Shown piece by piece: positions 1 to 9,578 of a stretch of DNA of 64,000 bases (the first letter of the stretch is position 1; every line of letters begins with the position of its first letter). The DNA is from Chloroflexota bacterium (GTDB taxonomy: Bacteria; Chloroflexota; Dehalococcoidia; GIF9; AB-539-J10). Made by a program: the position numbers and the translations under genes. Under the pieces are notes generated by a model, which worked only from the letters and a program-made list of their open reading frames with translations, did no database searches and had not been told where the DNA came from. The DNA lies in contig JACAEN010000011.1 of assembly GCA_013388845.1 (NCBI GenBank), positions 45,686 through 109,685 on the forward strand, in the 5' to 3' direction.

Positions 1-759
1 CACCAGGTCTGGATAGGCAACCCGTGGGTCCTTGGAAATATCTTGCAATACAACCGGCTCCCCGGTTTGGGCTACCCTTCCTGCCACTCCTTCGCCCAGC
101 CTCATCTTCACCTGCTCAACGTATTTAACAGAGAGGCCACGGTATACCCGGTAGCTTAGCATTTGGGTTTGCTCATGAAGAAGCAGTATCCCCCCTGTGG
201 TAGCACCGATGATTTCCAGCACGGTGTCTAGGGCGATATTCAAGATGGCATCTAAGTCCCACAACCCACTAGTGGCGGTGGAAATACGATTCAGGGCATG
301 GAGATGGTGATGACGCCTTAGAATTTGATTCTCTAACTCCCGTTCTGCGGTGACATCTTTTCTCAGTTCGACAAATGCATTGATATCGCCTTGGTTGTCC
401 CTAAGGGGATAAACGGTGATTTTGACATACCTGTTAGACGTCGTCTCAGTACCAAGTGCATGTTCGGGAGAAATAATTGTCGCCGGCTCGTTACTTTGAA
501 GCACCTTGGCGAGGGGGCATTTCCATAGAGGGAAGCTACAAGGATTGTTCCTGCCCTCGAAGACTTCGTAGCAGAGATTGCCAATAAATGGTTTGCTCTC
601 GGGCAAGCTCTGCTTCATAGCTAGGTTGGCAAAGTTAACACGGTATTGCCTATCGATGACAAAAAGCTTGTCTTCTATGCCATCCACGACATCCTGCAAG
701 TTCATGTCCCAACTTGTAGTTTCACCAGCTTGCCGAATTGCTGCTTTCTTTTGATCCAT
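1..759 (-). CDS. PAS-GAF sensor protein, probable histidine kinase (runs off the window start)
   Basis: Not in the ORF track. Manual translation from ATG 759 (GAGGAG/GAGG upstream) gives MDQKKAAIRQ...LCYEVFEGRNNPC...ALNRISTATSGLWDLDAILNIALD...LGEGVAGRVAQTGEPVVLQDI, i.e. PAS then GAF, closely resembling the kinase at 56094. Confidence 0.85.
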   Translation of the reverse strand, partial: MDQKKAAIRQAGETTSWDMNLQDVVDGIEDKLFVIDRQYRVNFANLAMKQSLPESKPFIGNLCYEVFEGRNNPCSFPLWKCPLAKVLQSNEPATIISPEHALGTETTSNRYVKITVYPLRDNQGDINAFVELRKDVTAERELENQILRRHHHLHALNRISTATSGLWDLDAILNIALDTVLEIIGATTGGILLLHEQTQMLSYRVYRGLSVKYVEQVKMRLGEGVAGRVAQTGEPVVLQDISKDPRVAYPDLV

Positions 760-934
760 TATCGCCTCAGCTCCTCTAGGATTCTTACAGGAATAAAGTA
801 TCTCAGAAGTGCCAAACTTGTCAAAATTGAGTATAAACCGTTGGCTAGATGAAGCTATTTATCGCGATTTTCCCAGAGTGTAAACTCATGCTATACTTCA
901 CGGATTCAACCGTTGAATTGCCGGAGAAAAAGCG

Positions 935-1558
935 ATGATTGTAAAAATGCTAGTGGTTGGTCCTTTGGCCTCTAACTGCTATATCGTTGGTTCAACTTCA
1001 ACCAAGCAAGGGATGATTATCGACCCGGGTGCCGAACCTAGAACTATTCTCAGAACGGTGCGAGAAACGGGCTTATCCATATCCTTAATTGTAATAACCC
1101 ATGCCCACATTGACCATGTCGATGCTCTTGGTGAGGTTAAAGAAAGGACTAAGGCCCAGTTTGCCCTTCATGAGGCAGAGCAGAAATTATTGTCTGCCGC
1201 CCCCATGCATGTTCTAACGTCGCTTGGTCTCTCCCCGTTTAGGTCACCTCCCAAACCAGACAGGTTACTCAGGGGTGGTGACCTCATAGATAGAGACGAC
1301 TTACACTTCGAAGTCCTCCATACTCCCGGACACACTCCTGGCGGAATCTGTCTTTCCGGGCATGGGGTAGTCTTTAGCGGCGATACTCTGTTTAACTGTG
1401 GAATCGGCAGAACCGACTTTCCCGGTGGCAGCTACGAACGTCTGATGAGGAGCATTCGCGAAAAGCTTATGGTCTTGCCTGACGAAACCATTGTCTATCC
1501 CGGCCACGGACCTCCTACCACTATTGGCGATGAGCGTCGAGGAAATCCCTTCCTCTAG
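935..1558 (+). CDS. MBL-fold metallo-hydrolase (glyoxalase II/YcbL-like)
   Basis: THAHIDH, HTPGHTPG, SGDTLF, GRTD and PGHG motifs. Confidence 0.9.
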   Translation: MIVKMLVVGPLASNCYIVGSTSTKQGMIIDPGAEPRTILRTVRETGLSISLIVITHAHIDHVDALGEVKERTKAQFALHEAEQKLLSAAPMHVLTSLGLSPFRSPPKPDRLLRGGDLIDRDDLHFEVLHTPGHTPGGICLSGHGVVFSGDTLFNCGIGRTDFPGGSYERLMRSIREKLMVLPDETIVYPGHGPPTTIGDERRGNPFL

Positions 1559-1638
1559 GAGTATCCCTTCTAGATACTTTTGATGGCCCTTCGCTTTTGC
1601 TGATACTGCTTCGTTTCTCTTGGGACATATTTGCTCAA

Positions 1639-2808
1639 TCAAGGGATATTGCGTAGATAATTACGATAGTTTGCCAGGGTCTCTTTTAGGTTGTCACCGC
1701 CGAATTTCTCCAGGCAGGCATCAGCGAGGACGATAGCCAGCATGGCTTCGCCAATTATCCCGGCGGCTGGCACAACACAAATATCGCTGCGCTCATAGTG
1801 AGCCTTGGCTACTTTGCCGCTGCGCAGGTCTATCGAGGGTAAGGGTTTAGCCAGAGTAGCGATAGGTTTGACTGCTGCCCTCACTATTATATCCTCGCCA
1901 TTGGTTATACCACCTTCGATACCGCCAGCACGATTAGTGACATGTTGCCAGGGGAGCCCTTTTGCTTCGTGACGTGGATCGGGTTTGATGACATCGTGAG
2001 CTTGCGAACCTCTAAGCTCGGCTAAAGAAAATCCCGCCCCAATTTCCACTCCTTTTACGGCATTTATGCTCATTATGGCTTGGGCAATCCGGCCATCAAG
2101 ACGGCGGTCCCAGCTGACGTGGCTGCCTAATCCGATGGGAACATTCGTCGCAATCACCTCAAAAATGCCTCCCAATGTGTCCCCGTTGGTTTTGGCCTCA
2201 TCGATGGCTGACATCATTGCCTTTTCCAGCTTGGCGTTAGCGCAACGGACTGGGGAAGCTTCTACTTGCTGCCAGTCTACAGGGTCTGTTTTGCTTCGTT
2301 CCCAGTGATGTCGCCCAATCGCTATGGTATGGCTATGAATAGCAATGCCCAACTCCTCTAGGAGTCTTCGGGCTACGGCTCCGACAGCTACTCGGGCGGC
2401 TGTTTCCCGAGCACTGGCTCTTTCTATGATAGGCCTGATATCATCGAGACCATATTTAGTCACTCCGGCTAGGTCGGCATGTCCCGGACGGGGACAAGTT
2501 ACAGGCTCAGCCTCTCTCACTACCGGGGAGACGCTTAATTGTTCCTGCCAGTTTTGCCAATCTCGGTTAGTGATAAAGAGCGCGATGGGGCTGCCTATAG
2601 TGAGACCGTACCTAACGCCAGCCATAATTTCCGCCTTATCCTCTTCAATCTTCATACGAGGACCACGCCCATAGCCTTGCTGGCGGCGTTTGAGTTGCTT
2701 GTTAATATATTCCACTTCCAGAGGTAAGTCGGCTACCATCCCTTCCACGATGGCTACCAACCCCTTTCCGTGGGATTCCCCAGCGGTAAGAAAACGAAAT
2801 TGTCCCAT
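1639..2808 (-). CDS. aroC: chorismate synthase
   Basis: TAGESHG, RPGHAD, ERASARETA, GGIEGG and RSD motifs. Confidence 0.97.
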   Translation of the reverse strand: MGQFRFLTAGESHGKGLVAIVEGMVADLPLEVEYINKQLKRRQQGYGRGPRMKIEEDKAEIMAGVRYGLTIGSPIALFITNRDWQNWQEQLSVSPVVREAEPVTCPRPGHADLAGVTKYGLDDIRPIIERASARETAARVAVGAVARRLLEELGIAIHSHTIAIGRHHWERSKTDPVDWQQVEASPVRCANAKLEKAMMSAIDEAKTNGDTLGGIFEVIATNVPIGLGSHVSWDRRLDGRIAQAIMSINAVKGVEIGAGFSLAELRGSQAHDVIKPDPRHEAKGLPWQHVTNRAGGIEGGITNGEDIIVRAAVKPIATLAKPLPSIDLRSGKVAKAHYERSDICVVPAAGIIGEAMLAIVLADACLEKFGGDNLKETLANYRNYLRNIP

Positions 2809-2835
2809 TAAATTAACCCCATAAATTCGACTTCA

Positions 2836-2877
2836 AATTTAACCGGGTTCCCGCGAAAATCACAAGAATTTCGCGGG
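2836..2877 (+). repeat. palindromic repeat family B, copy 1
   Basis: AATTTAACCGGGTTCCCGCGAAAATCACAAGAATTTCGCGGG; related copies at 23190-23233 (reverse) and 32860-32902. Confidence 0.7.
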
Positions 2878-2882
2878 TGGAG

Positions 2883-3812
2883 TCAGCTTTGATATAGAAA
2901 CAGAGGTTGCCTGTAATTATGATTCAAGATTTCCAAGAGAATTATATCTTGGGCACTCAATCCCGATAACCTCACCTTTATAGCATCGGCAAGTCCTAGC
3001 AGCGACCATATTGTTAACTTAGGTGGTTGGTAATACTCCACCATCGCAGTTTCGAGGCCAGCCAGTTCCATTGCCAAATCCGTAGCTGTATTTAGGTCGC
3101 CCAGCTCGTCAACCAGCCCCAACTCTTTGGCTTCGGTACCAGTGTAAATTTGCCCTGTAGCTAGGTTTCTAACCTCCTCCTTGCTTAGCCCTCTGCCCTC
3201 AGCTACCACATCGACAAATTGCTCATAATACTCATCAACCAGTTCCTGCATGATTTCCTGCTCCTCCGGCGTCAACTCCCTGAATCCCCAATACATGTCT
3301 TTATATTTGCCACCTTTGAAGATTTCTATCTGGATGCCCAGCTTCTCCAAAAGCTCCTCGATGTTCGTTACTGCTGAGATAACTCCAATGCTGCCGGTCA
3401 TGGTGGTAGGAAGGGCGACAATCTTATCTGCTTTGGTTGAGATATAGTAGCCGCCTGAAGCAGCTGTGCCACCCATGCTTATTACAATGGGAACGGATTT
3501 TGTCTCCTTAATTCTTTCTATCTCCCAGAGGATTTCTTGGCAAGGCGCTATCTCCCCGCCAGGGCTCTCTATACGGAGGACAATCGCTTTGACTGCTGGA
3601 TCTCCCTCGGCTCTTGTTAAATAATCCCTCACCAGCTTCGGGGTAATGACTGAGCCAGAGAACAACGAAGACTCCTCTGTCGTAATAGACCCAGTGAGCG
3701 GGATGACAACAATCTTACCCGTCACTGGTCTGGGGATGCAGAGAAGCGGAATCAATATTGCTGCAAGCACAGCTACTATGACTACACTGATAATGATGGC
3801 CTTTTTTTTCAC
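2883..3812 (-). CDS. sppA: signal peptide peptidase SppA (S49)
   Basis: N-terminal TM; IESPGG, AASGGYY, TGSIGV, GKYKD and GLVDELG motifs. Confidence 0.93.
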   Translation of the reverse strand: MKKKAIIISVVIVAVLAAILIPLLCIPRPVTGKIVVIPLTGSITTEESSLFSGSVITPKLVRDYLTRAEGDPAVKAIVLRIESPGGEIAPCQEILWEIERIKETKSVPIVISMGGTAASGGYYISTKADKIVALPTTMTGSIGVISAVTNIEELLEKLGIQIEIFKGGKYKDMYWGFRELTPEEQEIMQELVDEYYEQFVDVVAEGRGLSKEEVRNLATGQIYTGTEAKELGLVDELGDLNTATDLAMELAGLETAMVEYYQPPKLTIWSLLGLADAIKVRLSGLSAQDIILLEILNHNYRQPLFLYQS

Positions 3813-4699
3813 CTTTTCCCTCCTGTCAATATTTCCTTGGCTTTATTGAACATTATATCAACTGGAGCTTCCTTTCCTGTCCACAGTTTGAAGGAAGCCG
3901 CTCCCTGATATACTAACATAGGTAGACCGCCAAGTATATTGGCCCCGGCTTTTTGTGCTAACTTCAATAGAGGCGTTAGCCAGGGGTTATATACCAGGTC
4001 ATAAACTAAGACACCCCTAGGAATTACTTCAAGACTCAAAGGAGATTGGCCTTCTTGAGAACTATGCTTCATCCCTATGGTAGTGCAATGAACTATTAAA
4101 TCGCAGTTGTCAAAAGTTTTGGCTGAACTTAGATTTTGCCACTGAAAAGCAGTGACATTCGTCTTCAAATCCTTTGAACTAGGTGAAGCCCTTTTGATGT
4201 GCCTCACCAGATTTTCTACCAGTGCTGTAGCTCGCTCAAAGATACCATCAGTAATAGCCAGTGAAGCTACCTTCCTTTGCACCAGGACGAAACTTACTGC
4301 CCTACCTGCCCCGCCAGCCCCTAGGATGACCACATGTTTTCCTTCAGGGTCGAAGTGTCCTTCTTTGTCCAGCGCCTCAATGAAACCGTGGGCGTCAGTA
4401 TTAAAACCCACGAGCCTATCATCTTTTTTGACTATGGTATTGACAGCGCCGATTGAACTTGCCAGGTCATCAACTTCATCTAATAAAGGAAGAACAGCCT
4501 CTTTGTAGGGCACAGTTACGTTAGCTCCAACATTTTGGGGTTTTCTTAAACCATTCACTGTGTCTGGAAGTTGGGCTGGGCTTGTCTCCCAAGCTTCATA
4601 GCGAATATCAAGTCCATAATAATCTAGGGCTGCCTGCTGGAAATAAGGAGAGATAGAATGCTTAAGGGGGTGACCGATGAGACCTATGTATCTCGGCAT
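3809..4699 (-). CDS. aroE: shikimate dehydrogenase
   Basis: HSISP, NVTVPYK, GAVNT, NTD, GAGGA, DLVYNP and MLVYQ motifs. Confidence 0.95.
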   Translation of the reverse strand: MPRYIGLIGHPLKHSISPYFQQAALDYYGLDIRYEAWETSPAQLPDTVNGLRKPQNVGANVTVPYKEAVLPLLDEVDDLASSIGAVNTIVKKDDRLVGFNTDAHGFIEALDKEGHFDPEGKHVVILGAGGAGRAVSFVLVQRKVASLAITDGIFERATALVENLVRHIKRASPSSKDLKTNVTAFQWQNLSSAKTFDNCDLIVHCTTIGMKHSSQEGQSPLSLEVIPRGVLVYDLVYNPWLTPLLKLAQKAGANILGGLPMLVYQGAASFKLWTGKEAPVDIMFNKAKEILTGGKR

Positions 4700-4702
4700 C
4701 GC

Positions 4703-5197
4703 TCAAGTTCCTTCGCTGTTGCTCCGTCGGTGGCTATCCAGAAAACCCTGGAGGATAATGGCGGCTGCTATGGCATCTACTTTGGCTTTAAGCGGAAAGC
4801 TGTGATTTCTGGCTCCTCTTTTTGCCCCGGAGCGCGGTTTATTTCCCTGGCCACCGGGCCCCATTTTCAAACGCTCGGCAGCTTTGGTGGAGAGTCGTTC
4901 ATCCCATAGTTGCACATCAAGTTGGTTGAGATTGCTTCGCTTCGCTCGCCGTGACAATTTGTCAGCGAAAGCTGTCACCTTACTGGCTTGTTTTCCTATC
5001 TCGCCATTTAGACGGCGAGGCAAGCCAACTACAATGCACTCTGCTTTATATTGCTCCACGAGCTTGAGAATCTCATCTATAGAAGCATCTTCGTCTTTAT
5101 TGGACAGCACAGTTAGCGGGGTCGCCAAAATCCCTTGGGGGTCGCTTATGGCTACTCCGGTTCTCCTATCTCCGATATCTAGCCCCAAACTGCGCAT
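4703..5197 (-). CDS. ruvX: Holliday junction resolvase-like / pre-16S rRNA nuclease RuvX (YqgF)
   Basis: LGLDIGDRRTGVAISD, VVGLP, WDERLST and VDAIAAAIILQGFLD motifs; start placed at ATG 5197 (MRSLGLD); carries repeat-like insertions. Confidence 0.92.
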   Translation of the reverse strand: MRSLGLDIGDRRTGVAISDPQGILATPLTVLSNKDEDASIDEILKLVEQYKAECIVVGLPRRLNGEIGKQASKVTAFADKLSRRAKRSNLNQLDVQLWDERLSTKAAERLKMGPGGQGNKPRSGAKRGARNHSFPLKAKVDAIAAAIILQGFLDSHRRSNSEGT

Positions 5198-5209
5198 TCC
5201 CACTCCGCC

Positions 5210-5250
5210 TGTCACCCTTCGCCCCGATTTTACCGGGGCTCAGGGTGACA
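5210..5250. repeat. palindromic repeat family A (intergenic hairpin with nested CCCCGA-N-CGGGG)
   Basis: TGTCACCCT-TCGCCCCGATTTTACCGGGGCTC-AGGGTGACA. Confidence 0.75.
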
Positions 5251-5262
5251 GAACAACCAATC

Positions 5263-7911
5263 TCAGGAGATTTGGCTAGCAACGACACTTTTGACTAATT
5301 TCAGAGCCTCGTCAATTTTGGCGGCATCCTTTCCACCGGCTTGGGCCATAGCTGCCTTGCCACCACCACCCCCACCGGCGACCTTGGCTACTTGCTTGAT
5401 AATATCGCCGGCATGGAATCCCTTAGCTATCAGGTCAGGAGTCACCATAGCCAAAAAATTAGGCTTACCATTATAAACTGTAGCTAAAACCACTATGGCG
5501 CTCTTGAGCGTGTCTTTTAATATATCGCCTATCTCCCTGAGGACAGGCATGGTCAGCGGTGGCACCTTGACAGCCAGAACTGTAACCCCGGCTATTTGCT
5601 CCGCTTGCCCGAGCAAATCCTCGGCTATTTTGCGCGATAGCTCCCTTTCCAGTGCAAGCGCTCTCTTGCGCTCCGCCTCCAATTCACTGATAAGGGTTTT
5701 CACCTTATTAGGAACTTCGTCAAGCGAGCCTTCTACTTCTTTGGCGATGCTTTGCAAAGCTGTCAAGCGAGATTCAATCAGAGCTTCAGCTTTTCTGCCC
5801 GTTACTGCTTCAATGCGATGTAGTCCTGTGCCGATGCTGCTTTCGCTCGTTATCAGGAATATGCTAATTTCTCCCGTTGACCTCACGTGAGTGCCACCAC
5901 AGAGCTCTTTGCTTATGGCTGGCTCCCCGATTTCTAGCATCCGAACTTCCTCTCCATATTTTTCTTCAAACAAGGCGATAGCGCCTTCAGCGATGGCTTG
6001 GTTATAGGGAACAACTCTTGCCTCCGCTTTCAAGTCCTGGCGTATCCACTCATTGACCTGCCTCTGAATTTCCTTGAGTTGCTCCTCAGTTATGGATGAC
6101 AGATGCGAGAAGTCAAATCGGAGCCTTTCTGGCTCTACTAGCGAGCCTTTCTGGTAAACGTGGCTGCCTAATGTCCGCCTTAAAGCAGCCTGCAAAAGGT
6201 GGGTGGCAGTGTGGTTGCGAGCAATGTCCAGGCGGCGGGCGACATCAATTTTGGCTTCCACTTCGTCACCCACAGATATGCGCCCTTCAATCGCCTTTCC
6301 TTTATGTATTATCACGTCTGAAGGAGTTCTAATAGTATTTGTGACGACTACTTTTCCCTTCTGGCTGTTGATTTCGCCGCTATCGCCCACCTGCCCTCCC
6401 ATCTCGCCATAGAAAGGAGTTTTGTCTAGCACCACGTCAACCTCACTACCTTCAGCCACACTTCGCACAGGGCTTTCGTTAGTTATCAAATCGCGAACCT
6501 TTGACTTAGAGCTGTATCTTTGATAGCCGACAAAATGTGTTTGCTTACGTATGACCGTAAGCTTGCCTTTCACCTCTGCTTTGCCCTCGGAACGACCACT
6601 TAGGTAGACGACCTTTTGTCCCGACCTAGCCCTTTCCCGCTGCTTCTCCATCTCAGCCTGGAAACCTTCCCAATCTATGGAAAGGCCTTTTTCTCGGGCG
6701 ATTTCAGCGGTTAGCTCTGAGGGAAAGCCATAGGTATCGTACAGTCTGAATACCTCTTCACCTGTTAGCCCATCTCTCTTTTGAGCTAAAGCTTCGTTGC
6801 TGAGCTTTTCCACCAGGTTAAGCCCGGTATCGAGAGTAGCGATAAATTTTTCCTGCTCCGCTCTAACTACTTCGCTAATCAAGGTCTGATTAGCCGCAAG
6901 CTCAGGATATATGTGGCTCATCGTGCTGACGACGACTTCAGCTATTTCATTAAGGAAGGGTTTATTCAATCCCAGTTTTGTGCTGAAAACTGAAGCTCGC
7001 CTGAGTATTCGTCTAAGCACATATCCCCGGCCTTCGTTGGAAGGCATTATGCCATCGGCGATAAGGAAGGCAACGCCTCGTGAGTGCTCAGCCACAATCC
7101 TAATGGCTCGGTCGGTATTCTTGCCCCGACCATATTCTTGCCTGGACAATTGACAAATGCGGTCTACCAGAGGGAAAAACAAATCCGTTTCGTAAGGGGA
7201 AGGCTTGCCCTGGATAGCGGCTAAGGTTCTCTCCAGTCCCATACCGGTATCGATGTTTGGTTTGGGTAAAGGGGTGCGCTGTCCATTCTGGTCCTGATTG
7301 TATTGAGTAAATACCAGATTCCAAATCTCAGAGAAGCGACCACATTCGCAATTAGGCTTACATTCAGCTTTACCACAGCCAAGCTCTTCACCCAAGTCAT
7401 AGTGAATCTCGCTACATGGTCCACAGGGGCCAGAATCGCCAACGGGCCCCCAGAAATTGTCCTCTTCGCCGAATCGCAGTATTTTTTTGGCGGGAACGCC
7501 AACCTCTCGCCAATAAGCGAAGGCTTCATCATCGTCAAGATAAATAGTTATCCAAAGCCGCTTCTCAGGCAACTTCAAATACTTGGTAACAAATTCCCAA
7601 GCCCAAGAAATAGCCTCCTTTTTAAAATAATCACCGACACTGAAATTACCCAGCATCTCGAAGAAGGTAAGGTGTTTGCTATCACCCACCGAATCTATAT
7701 CAGTGGTGCGAAAGCACTTCTGGCAGGAAGCTAATCGTCGGCCAGGCGGGGTCTCTAGCCCTAGGAAATATGGCTTAATCTGCACCATGCCAGCGCTGGT
7801 CAGCAGTAAAGTAGGGTCTTTATGAGGCACTAATGAGGAGCTGGGGATTATCTTATGCCCCCTATCCTGAAAAAAACTCAAGAAGGCTTGCCTGAGTTCG
7901 TCACCAGTCAC
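5263..7911 (-). CDS. alaS: alanine--tRNA ligase
   Basis: FFEMLGNFS, IDTGMGLER, NHTATHLL, ELCGGTHV and C-terminal GGGGG motifs. Confidence 0.98.
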   Translation of the reverse strand: MTGDELRQAFLSFFQDRGHKIIPSSSLVPHKDPTLLLTSAGMVQIKPYFLGLETPPGRRLASCQKCFRTTDIDSVGDSKHLTFFEMLGNFSVGDYFKKEAISWAWEFVTKYLKLPEKRLWITIYLDDDEAFAYWREVGVPAKKILRFGEEDNFWGPVGDSGPCGPCSEIHYDLGEELGCGKAECKPNCECGRFSEIWNLVFTQYNQDQNGQRTPLPKPNIDTGMGLERTLAAIQGKPSPYETDLFFPLVDRICQLSRQEYGRGKNTDRAIRIVAEHSRGVAFLIADGIMPSNEGRGYVLRRILRRASVFSTKLGLNKPFLNEIAEVVVSTMSHIYPELAANQTLISEVVRAEQEKFIATLDTGLNLVEKLSNEALAQKRDGLTGEEVFRLYDTYGFPSELTAEIAREKGLSIDWEGFQAEMEKQRERARSGQKVVYLSGRSEGKAEVKGKLTVIRKQTHFVGYQRYSSKSKVRDLITNESPVRSVAEGSEVDVVLDKTPFYGEMGGQVGDSGEINSQKGKVVVTNTIRTPSDVIIHKGKAIEGRISVGDEVEAKIDVARRLDIARNHTATHLLQAALRRTLGSHVYQKGSLVEPERLRFDFSHLSSITEEQLKEIQRQVNEWIRQDLKAEARVVPYNQAIAEGAIALFEEKYGEEVRMLEIGEPAISKELCGGTHVRSTGEISIFLITSESSIGTGLHRIEAVTGRKAEALIESRLTALQSIAKEVEGSLDEVPNKVKTLISELEAERKRALALERELSRKIAEDLLGQAEQIAGVTVLAVKVPPLTMPVLREIGDILKDTLKSAIVVLATVYNGKPNFLAMVTPDLIAKGFHAGDIIKQVAKVAGGGGGGKAAMAQAGGKDAAKIDEALKLVKSVVASQIS

Positions 7912-7984
7912 TTACAAATCTCCTTCCTGATTTTAGAAGGTGCCAGTTTTAATGTCAATTAAGCTGTAAGAGAGCACTGAGTAA

Positions 7985-8052
7985 TGTCATTCTGAGCCCC
8001 GACTCGTCGGGGCGAAGAATCTAGAGGCTCTTCTCTACCGCTCGGGGTGACA
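7985..8052. repeat. palindromic repeat family A, two-armed copy
   Basis: TGTCATTCTGAGC[CCCGACTCGTCGGG]GCGAAGAATCT ... CTCTTCTCTACCGCTCGGGGTGACA. Confidence 0.8.
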
Positions 8053-8088
8053 TATCAGACGTGATGCTTACGCCAACCAAGAATTTAG

Positions 8089-8265
8089 TTATTTCCCCTT
8101 CTTCGCATAATCAGGGCACCAGGTGGTGTTGGGGCGCTCAGGACGATGGCAAGCAGACCTCCAGTTCCATTTACAGTTGTCGCAGAGAAGAATATTAATG
8201 CCGAGGTTTTTCTTGACCTTCAGTTTGAATCTGTCTAGCCAGGTGGGATTGCTTCGCTTGTTCAC
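8089..8265 (-). CDS. small Cys-rich hypothetical protein (58 aa)
   Basis: Manual translation: VNKRSNPTWLDRFKLKVKKNLGINILLCDNCKWNWRSACHRPERPNTTWCPDYAKKGK*. Four Cys, co-oriented between rho and alaS; start uncertain. Confidence 0.6.
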   Translation of the reverse strand: MNKRSNPTWLDRFKLKVKKNLGINILLCDNCKWNWRSACHRPERPNTTWCPDYAKKGK

Positions 8266-8298
8266 TTTGTTCGGCGTGGCAGCTAGGCGATAATATTT

Positions 8299-9564
8299 CT
8301 AGATGTCTTTGGATAGAGTAGCTAAGAATTCAGCGTTATTCCTTGTCTTAGCTAGCCTTTCCAAGATCCTTTGTGTAGCCTCGCTATGGTTGGAGGAATC
8401 GCTATCCAGCATACTAACTATGCGTCTCAGCAGCCATACTTGTTTTAAGGTATTTTCATCCAGCAAGAGCTCCTCTCTCCTTGTGCCGCTAGGTGTAATA
8501 TTTATAGCCGGGAAGATTCTTCGCTCAGATAATCTTCTATCTAAGTGGAGTTCCATGTTACCTGTGCCCTTAAACTCCTCGTATATGAGGTCATCCATAC
8601 GGCTGCCAGTATCCACAAGGCAAGTGGCAATAATGGTTAAACTTCCTCCCTCCTCAATGTTGCGAGCAGTACCGAAGAAGCGTTTGGGGGGATGCAAGGC
8701 TGTGGAATCAATACCGCCAGATAAGGTACGCCCGCTAGGGGGCAGGGCTAAGTTGTAAGCTCTGGTAAGTCTGGTAATGCCATCTAGGAGTATGACCACA
8801 TCTTTGCCCATTTCGACTAGCCTTTTGGCTCTCTCTAAGGCTAATTCCGCTACACGAGTCTGGCTTTCTACCGGTTCATCGAAGGTAGCAGCAATAACCT
8901 CAGCTTTGACTGACCTTTTCATATCGGTGACTTCTTCAGGCCTTTCTCCAATAAGGCAAACCATGAGGTGAATATCGTTGTAGTTAGTCGTTATGGCGTT
9001 GGCAATTTTTTGAAGAAGCACAGTCTTGCCTGCCTTAGGTGGTGATACGATAAGCCCTCTTTGCCCCCGGCCTATGGGTGTCACTAAGTTGATTAGACGA
9101 GTGGATAACTCATCTGACGTTGTTTCCAGATTGATGAGCTTATTGGGGAAGGTGGGCGTCAGCGAACCGAAGTTGCGACGCGTTCTTGCCAGTTCAGGGT
9201 CAAGGCCATTGATGCTCTCTACTCGAAGTAAACTGTAATATTTCTCACCTTCTTTAGGAGGCCTAGCCTGGCCGCAGACAGCATCGCCATCTCTTAAGTT
9301 GAAACGGCGAATCTGGGAATTTGACACATAGACATCGTTAGCACCGCGCCGGAAGGTATCCTGTCGCAGGAAGCCATAGCCCTCGCTGATAGTTTCCAGA
9401 ATGCCTGTTATAAATATATTTCCTTGCTGCTGTGCTTCCGCTTGCAAGATGCGGTGGACAAGCTCGGACTTCTTCAAAGCGGAGAAGCCGATGATGCCAT
9501 ACTCCTTAGCTATCGCCTCTAGCTCCTCTCGATTTTTGTTTTCCAATTCCATTAAAGTTGACAT
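8299..9564 (-). CDS. rho: transcription termination factor Rho
   Basis: GYGFLR, PPKAGKT, GERPEEVT, GRTLSGG and EFKGTGNME motifs. Confidence 0.98.
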   Translation of the reverse strand: MSTLMELENKNREELEAIAKEYGIIGFSALKKSELVHRILQAEAQQQGNIFITGILETISEGYGFLRQDTFRRGANDVYVSNSQIRRFNLRDGDAVCGQARPPKEGEKYYSLLRVESINGLDPELARTRRNFGSLTPTFPNKLINLETTSDELSTRLINLVTPIGRGQRGLIVSPPKAGKTVLLQKIANAITTNYNDIHLMVCLIGERPEEVTDMKRSVKAEVIAATFDEPVESQTRVAELALERAKRLVEMGKDVVILLDGITRLTRAYNLALPPSGRTLSGGIDSTALHPPKRFFGTARNIEEGGSLTIIATCLVDTGSRMDDLIYEEFKGTGNMELHLDRRLSERRIFPAINITPSGTRREELLLDENTLKQVWLLRRIVSMLDSDSSNHSEATQRILERLAKTRNNAEFLATLSKDI

Positions 9565-9578
9565 AATAACCTCTTTTT

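Noticed and set aside
7912-8088. T-box riboswitch upstream of alaS
   Set aside because: No T-box consensus or terminator/antiterminator was found; the structure is explained by repeat family A.
8266-8301. Amber readthrough of rho into the small Cys-rich ORF
   Set aside because: Rho is full-length at its stop and there is no pyrrolysine machinery in the window; being in frame has a one-in-three chance.
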